Shown here one piece after another: positions 29,782-33,943 of a stretch of 33,943 nucleotides of DNA. A program made the translations under genes and the position numbers. The number at the start of each line of letters is the position of its first letter. Position 1 is the first letter of the stretch. Below the pieces are notes generated by a model that saw only the letters and a list, made by a program, of their open reading frames with translations, did not search any database and was not told the DNA's origin. The stretch spans positions 1 to 33,943 of the forward strand of contig CAXTQM010000002.1 of NCBI GenBank assembly GCA_964246205.1, given 5' to 3'. Source of the DNA: an uncultured Beijerinckiaceae bacterium (GTDB taxonomy: Bacteria > Pseudomonadota > Alphaproteobacteria > Rhizobiales > Beijerinckiaceae).

Positions 29782-32487
29782 ATGAAGATCGGGATGCCCA
29801 ACGCGCCTCACCGGGCAGTGGCGGAGACGGCGGAGGGCGTGCGGCTCGCCGAAGCGGACAAGGCCGGCGGCGCCGCGTGGCGGCGCTTCGGCCCTTACGT
29901 CAGCGACCGGCAATGGGGCACGGTGCGCGAGGACTACAGCCCCGGCGGCGAGGCCTGGACCTACCTGCCGCACGATCAGGCCCGCTCCAAGGCCTACCGC
30001 TGGGGCGAGGACGCCATCGCCGGCTTCAGCGACGACAAGCTCCACCTCTGCCTCGGCCTGGCGCTGTGGAACGGCCGGGACGCCATCCTCAAGGAGAGGC
30101 TGTTCGGCCTCACCAACAGCCAGGGCAACCACGGCGAAGACGTCAAGGAGCTGTACTACTACCTCGACGGCACCCCGACGCATTCGTACATGCGCATGCT
30201 CTACAAGTATCCGCAGGCGGCCTTTCCCTACGAGCACTTGATCGAGACCAACGCCAAGCGCGGGCTGACAGAGCGCGAATACGAGATCATCGACACCGGC
30301 CTGTTCGACGAGGATCGCTACTTCGACGTCACCGTGGACTACGCCAAGGCCGATGCCGACGACGTGCTGATGCTGGTGACGATCGCCAACCGCGGCCCGG
30401 ACGCCGCGCCACTACACGTGCTGCCGCAGCTTTGGTCGCGCAACACCTGGACCTGGAGCGGCGACGCCGCGCGCAAGCCGAAGCTGGCTGCGGACGGCGC
30501 GGCGACGGTCGCCATCGACCATCCCGCCATGCCGGCGATGCGGCTCGATTGCGACGACGCGCCCGAGCTGCTGTTCTGCGACAACGACACCAACCTGCAC
30601 CGGCTCTACAGCCTCGAGGCGCAGGGCTTCTTCAAGGACGGCATCGGCGACCACGTCGTCGGCGGCATCGCCGGCGCGGTAAACCCCGAGCGCACCGGCA
30701 CCAAGGTGGCGGCGCATTACGCGCTGAGCGTCCCGGCGCACGGCGAAATCACGCTGCGGCTGCGGCTGCGGCCCGCCGGGAGCCCGGAAGACGCCTTTGC
30801 CGATTTCGACGCCGTGATGCAGGCGCGGCGCGACGAGTGCGACGCCTTTTACGCCGCGCTGCAGAGCGGCATGGACGACGACGACAAGCGGCGGGTGCAG
30901 CGCCAAGCCTTCGCCGGCATGCTTTGGAGCAAGCAATACTACGGGTTCGACATCCGGCAATGGCTGAACGGCGACCCGGCCGAGCCGCGGCCGCCGCACG
31001 AGCGCCTGCTCGGCCGCGACGCCGACTGGAGCCACCTCTGCTCGGACGACATCTTCTCCATGCCGGACGCCTGGGAGTACCCCTGGTTCGCCGCCTGGGA
31101 CTTAGCCTTCCACTGCGTGACCTTCGCGCTGATCGACCCGGCCTTCGCCAAGGCGCAGCTGGTGCTGCTGCTGCAATCGCGCTTCCAGCACCCCAACGGC
31201 CAGATCCCGGCCTACGAGTGGAACTTCGGCGACACCAACCCGCCGGTACACGCGCTGGCGGCGCTGCAGATCTTCGACATCGACCGCGCCCGCAGCGGCG
31301 ACGCCGACCTCACGTTCCTGCGCCGGGTCTACCACAAGCTGACGCTGAACTTCACCTGGTGGGTCAACAAGAAGGATGATTCAGACCGCAACGTCTTCGA
31401 AGGCGGCTTCCTCGGGCTCGACAACATCTCGCTGTTCAACCGCAGCGGCCAGCTGCCCGAGGGCGGCCACATCGACCAGGCCGACGGCACGGCCTGGGCG
31501 GCGGTCTACGCGCTCAACCTCATGCGCATGTCGATCGAGCTCGCCATGGACGACCACGTCTACGAGGATATGGCGATCAAGTTCTTCGAGCATTTCCTGC
31601 TGATCGCCGGCGCGGTGCACCGCAAGATCGGCGCGCACGGCAACGGGCTTTGGGACGAGGAGGACGGCTTCTACTACGACGTGCTCGAGATACCCGGGCA
31701 GGACGAGATCCCGCTGAAGGTCCGCTCGATGGTCGGGCTGATCCCGCTTTTCGCCGTCGAACTGCTGCGCGGCGACGTCTTCGAGAAGCTGCCCGATTTC
31801 GGCGAGCGGGTGAAATGGTTGTTCGCCAACCGTCCCGACCTCTCGAAGCTGGTGTCGCGCTGGAACGACAGGAACAGCGCCGACTATTCGCTGCTCGCGC
31901 TGATGCGCAAGAACCGCCTCAACCGCGTGCTGACGATGATGCTCGAAGAGACGGAGTTCCTGTCCGAGCGCGGCATCCGCTCGGTCTCCAAGGTGCACAA
32001 GGACCATCCCGCCGTGGTGACGGTGCAGGGCGAGGAGCACCGCGTCGACTACGAGCCCGGCGAGGGCACGACGCGGCTCTTCGGCGGCAACTCGAACTGG
32101 CGCGGCCCGATCTGGATGCCGGTGAACTACCTGATCGTCGTCGCGCTGCATCGCTACCAGACGTTCTACGGCGACGAATTCGAGCTGGAATGCCCCACCG
32201 GCTCGGGCAACAAAATGAAGCTCGGCGCCATCGGCCACGAGATCGCCGGGCGGCTCGGGCGACTGTTCCTGCGCGACGCCGACGGCAAGCGCGCGATCTA
32301 CGACGGCTACCCCAAGATGCAGGACGACCCGCACTTCCGCGACCACATCCTGTTCTTCGAGCACTTCCATGGCGACACCGGGCGCGGTCTCGGCGCCTCG
32401 CACCAGACCGGCTGGACCGGCCTCATCGCGCTGCTGCTGCACCCCCGCGACGAGATGGATCCCGAGCTGGGCGAGCGTGCTGCATGA
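29782..32487 (+). CDS. MGH1-like / GH63-clan glucosidase (uncharacterised large glycoside hydrolase)
   Basis: W...GPY.S.RQWGTVREDYS, RS.AYRWGED, KERLFGL...GNHGEDVKE.Y.YLD.TPTHSYM, SMPD.WEYPWFAAWDLAFH, FEGGFLGLDNI, NSNWRGPIW.P.N, FHGD.GRGLGASHQTGWT. AGGAG RBS. Confidence 0.88.
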   Translation: MKIGMPNAPHRAVAETAEGVRLAEADKAGGAAWRRFGPYVSDRQWGTVREDYSPGGEAWTYLPHDQARSKAYRWGEDAIAGFSDDKLHLCLGLALWNGRDAILKERLFGLTNSQGNHGEDVKELYYYLDGTPTHSYMRMLYKYPQAAFPYEHLIETNAKRGLTEREYEIIDTGLFDEDRYFDVTVDYAKADADDVLMLVTIANRGPDAAPLHVLPQLWSRNTWTWSGDAARKPKLAADGAATVAIDHPAMPAMRLDCDDAPELLFCDNDTNLHRLYSLEAQGFFKDGIGDHVVGGIAGAVNPERTGTKVAAHYALSVPAHGEITLRLRLRPAGSPEDAFADFDAVMQARRDECDAFYAALQSGMDDDDKRRVQRQAFAGMLWSKQYYGFDIRQWLNGDPAEPRPPHERLLGRDADWSHLCSDDIFSMPDAWEYPWFAAWDLAFHCVTFALIDPAFAKAQLVLLLQSRFQHPNGQIPAYEWNFGDTNPPVHALAALQIFDIDRARSGDADLTFLRRVYHKLTLNFTWWVNKKDDSDRNVFEGGFLGLDNISLFNRSGQLPEGGHIDQADGTAWAAVYALNLMRMSIELAMDDHVYEDMAIKFFEHFLLIAGAVHRKIGAHGNGLWDEEDGFYYDVLEIPGQDEIPLKVRSMVGLIPLFAVELLRGDVFEKLPDFGERVKWLFANRPDLSKLVSRWNDRNSADYSLLALMRKNRLNRVLTMMLEETEFLSERGIRSVSKVHKDHPAVVTVQGEEHRVDYEPGEGTTRLFGGNSNWRGPIWMPVNYLIVVALHRYQTFYGDEFELECPTGSGNKMKLGAIGHEIAGRLGRLFLRDADGKRAIYDGYPKMQDDPHFRDHILFFEHFHGDTGRGLGASHQTGWTGLIALLLHPRDEMDPELGERAA

Positions 32488-32560
32488 CACTCTGATCCGC
32501 CACGGCAGCGACACGCGCGTCGCGTCGATGGAGGTGCTTCTCGCCGGACGCGCGGGGCAT

Positions 32561-32585
32561 GAAACCGAAGCTCGGCCGAAGGGTT
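32561..32585 (+). promoter_or_regulatory. Possible sigma-EcfG-type promoter for the glucose dehydrogenase-like SDR
   Basis: GAAAC-CGAAGCTCGGCCGAAG(16)-GGTT, 21 nt before ATG 32607 and upstream of an AGGAG RBS. Confidence 0.5.
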
Positions 32586-32606
32586 TGCGCGCCGCAGGAG
32601 ATAACC

Positions 32607-33476
32607 ATGACCGACATGAAGAGCCCCGATGCCCCGCGCGGCCCTGATGTAGAGCCCCTGCCGAAGGTCGGCTACCCCGTGTCTCTCGAGGGGCAGCCGG
32701 CAATCGTCACCGGTGCCAATTCCGGGATCGGCGAGGCGGTGGCGATCGGGCTCGCCCGCGCCGGGGCCGACGTCTGCGTGAACTACGTCACGCATCCCGA
32801 GACCGCCGAGGAGGTCGCCCACAAGATCGAGGGCTATGGCCGCAAGGCCATCGTCGTGAAGGCCGACGTCTCCAAGGAGGACGAGGTCGAGGCCATGTAC
32901 AAGAAGGCCATCGACACCTTCGGCACCATCCACATCTCGGTCAGCAACGCCGGGCTGCAGAAGGATTCGCCCTTCGTCGACATGACGATGGCGCAGTGGG
33001 AGACGGTGATCGGCGTCAACCTGACGGGGCAGTTCCTGTGTCAGCGCGCCGCCGCGCGGGAGTTCCTCCGTCGCGGCGTCGACGAGAAGGTCTCGGTCGC
33101 CGCCGGCAAGATGATCTGCATGAGCTCCGTGCATCAGGCGATCCCGTGGGCCGGGCACGTGAACTACGCAACCTCCAAAGGCGGCATCAAGCTGATGATG
33201 GAGTCGATGGCGCAGGAGCTGGCGCCGCACCGCGTGCGGGTGAATGCCATCGGTCCCGGCGCGATCCGCACGCCGATCAACACCGAGGCGTGGAACACCG
33301 AGGAGGCCTACAAGTCCCTGATGACGCTGGTGCCCTACAAGCGCATCGGCGAGCCCGACGACATCGCCCAGGCGGCGGCCTGGCTCGCCTCCGACCACGC
33401 CGACTACGTCACCGGCATCACGCTGTTCGTCGATGGCGGCATGACGCTCTACCCGGGTTTCGCCACCGGCGGCTGA
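32607..33476 (+). CDS. Glucose 1-dehydrogenase-like SDR
   Basis: TGANSGIG, SNAGLQ.D.PF..MT..QW..VI.VNLTGQFL, SSVH..IPW.GH.NYA.SKGG...MM...AQE.AP, PGAI.TPIN, TG.TLFVDGGMTLYP.F..GG, as in Bacillus-type Gdh. Confidence 0.88.
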   Translation: MTDMKSPDAPRGPDVEPLPKVGYPVSLEGQPAIVTGANSGIGEAVAIGLARAGADVCVNYVTHPETAEEVAHKIEGYGRKAIVVKADVSKEDEVEAMYKKAIDTFGTIHISVSNAGLQKDSPFVDMTMAQWETVIGVNLTGQFLCQRAAAREFLRRGVDEKVSVAAGKMICMSSVHQAIPWAGHVNYATSKGGIKLMMESMAQELAPHRVRVNAIGPGAIRTPINTEAWNTEEAYKSLMTLVPYKRIGEPDDIAQAAAWLASDHADYVTGITLFVDGGMTLYPGFATGG

Positions 33477-33534
33477 CGCCGGCTTGACGAATCGCGGCGG
33501 CGAGCGAAGGCTCGCGCCTCGTCGCGAGGCCGGC

Positions 33535-33943
33535 ATGAGCGATCTCCAACTAGCGATGCCGCACCGCTTCCTCGGGGCGGCGTCGTTTCGATCCGACGTC
33601 ACGACCGCACTGACGCGCGCGTTGATGGTGGAATGGGCGCGCACCGGTTACGCCGCGCTCAGCCTGGAGGCGGTGGCGCGCCGGGCGGGGACCGGCAAGG
33701 CGGCGCTCTATCGCCGCTGGCCCTCCAAGCTCGCCATGGTGTCCGACGCTCTCTCGCAGCTCGCCCGTGACGGATCGGCGCTGCCCGACCGCGGCTCGTT
33801 CGAGGCCGATCTCGCCGGCGCGTTGCGCGAGCTCCGCCGCCTGCTGCGCCACCCTCAGGTCCGCCGCATCCTGCCCGACCTCCACGCGGAGATGCCGCGC
33901 TCGCCCGAGCTGGCGCGCCTGGTGCGCGAGCGCGTGCAGGCAC
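33535..33943 (+). CDS. TetR/AcrR-family transcriptional regulator (3' truncated by the window)
   Basis: Not in the ORF track because it has no stop. Hand translation gives ...EWARTGYAALSLEAVARRAGTGKAALYRRWPSK, a TetR HTH. Start is ATG 33535 or 33556. Confidence 0.85.
   Translation, partial: MSDLQLAMPHRFLGAASFRSDVTTALTRALMVEWARTGYAALSLEAVARRAGTGKAALYRRWPSKLAMVSDALSQLARDGSALPDRGSFEADLAGALRELRRLLRHPQVRRILPDLHAEMPRSPELARLVRERVQA

Noticed and set aside
33478-33534. Nested stem-loop between the dehydrogenase and TetR genes as an ncRNA or terminator
   Set aside because: GC-rich stems without a U tract, and too short to support either call.

Overview
GC-rich alphaproteobacterial chromosomal window (Hyphomicrobiales/Rhizobiales-like, inferred from the phyR-nepR-ecfG locus and gene content) with about 30 genes. 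I saw no rRNA, tRNA, CRISPR array or mobile element. Left part: C-terminal part of a TonB-dependent receptor, a SAM methyltransferase, a DUF1348/SnoaL protein, a cell-wall hydrolase, and a PQQ alcohol dehydrogenase with the lanthanide-type D-x-D motif (ExaF/PedH-like), followed by an orphan NarL/LuxR response regulator and a 2H phosphoesterase. Middle: VOC protein, mobB, a dapD-DUF805-acetyltransferase operon, a transglutaminase-like protein and an oxidoreductase/acyl-CoA synthetase/MFS group. Right part: a general stress response (GSR) neighbourhood with SDR+GH15, an esterase, a DEAD-box helicase, fumC, nepR-ecfG divergent from phyR with several GGAAC-N16-CGTT-type promoters, a decayed sulfotransferase, a CHASE3-HAMP-PAS hybrid kinase with two receivers, a GH63-like glucosidase with a glucose dehydrogenase-like SDR, and a partial TetR. 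Best leads: (1) a stand-alone lanthanide-type ADH near a candidate uptake receptor; (2) a GSR cluster that may couple an atypical kinase and two glycosidase-dehydrogenase pairs to sigma-EcfG. All calls are from motif recognition by eye, with no database searches.
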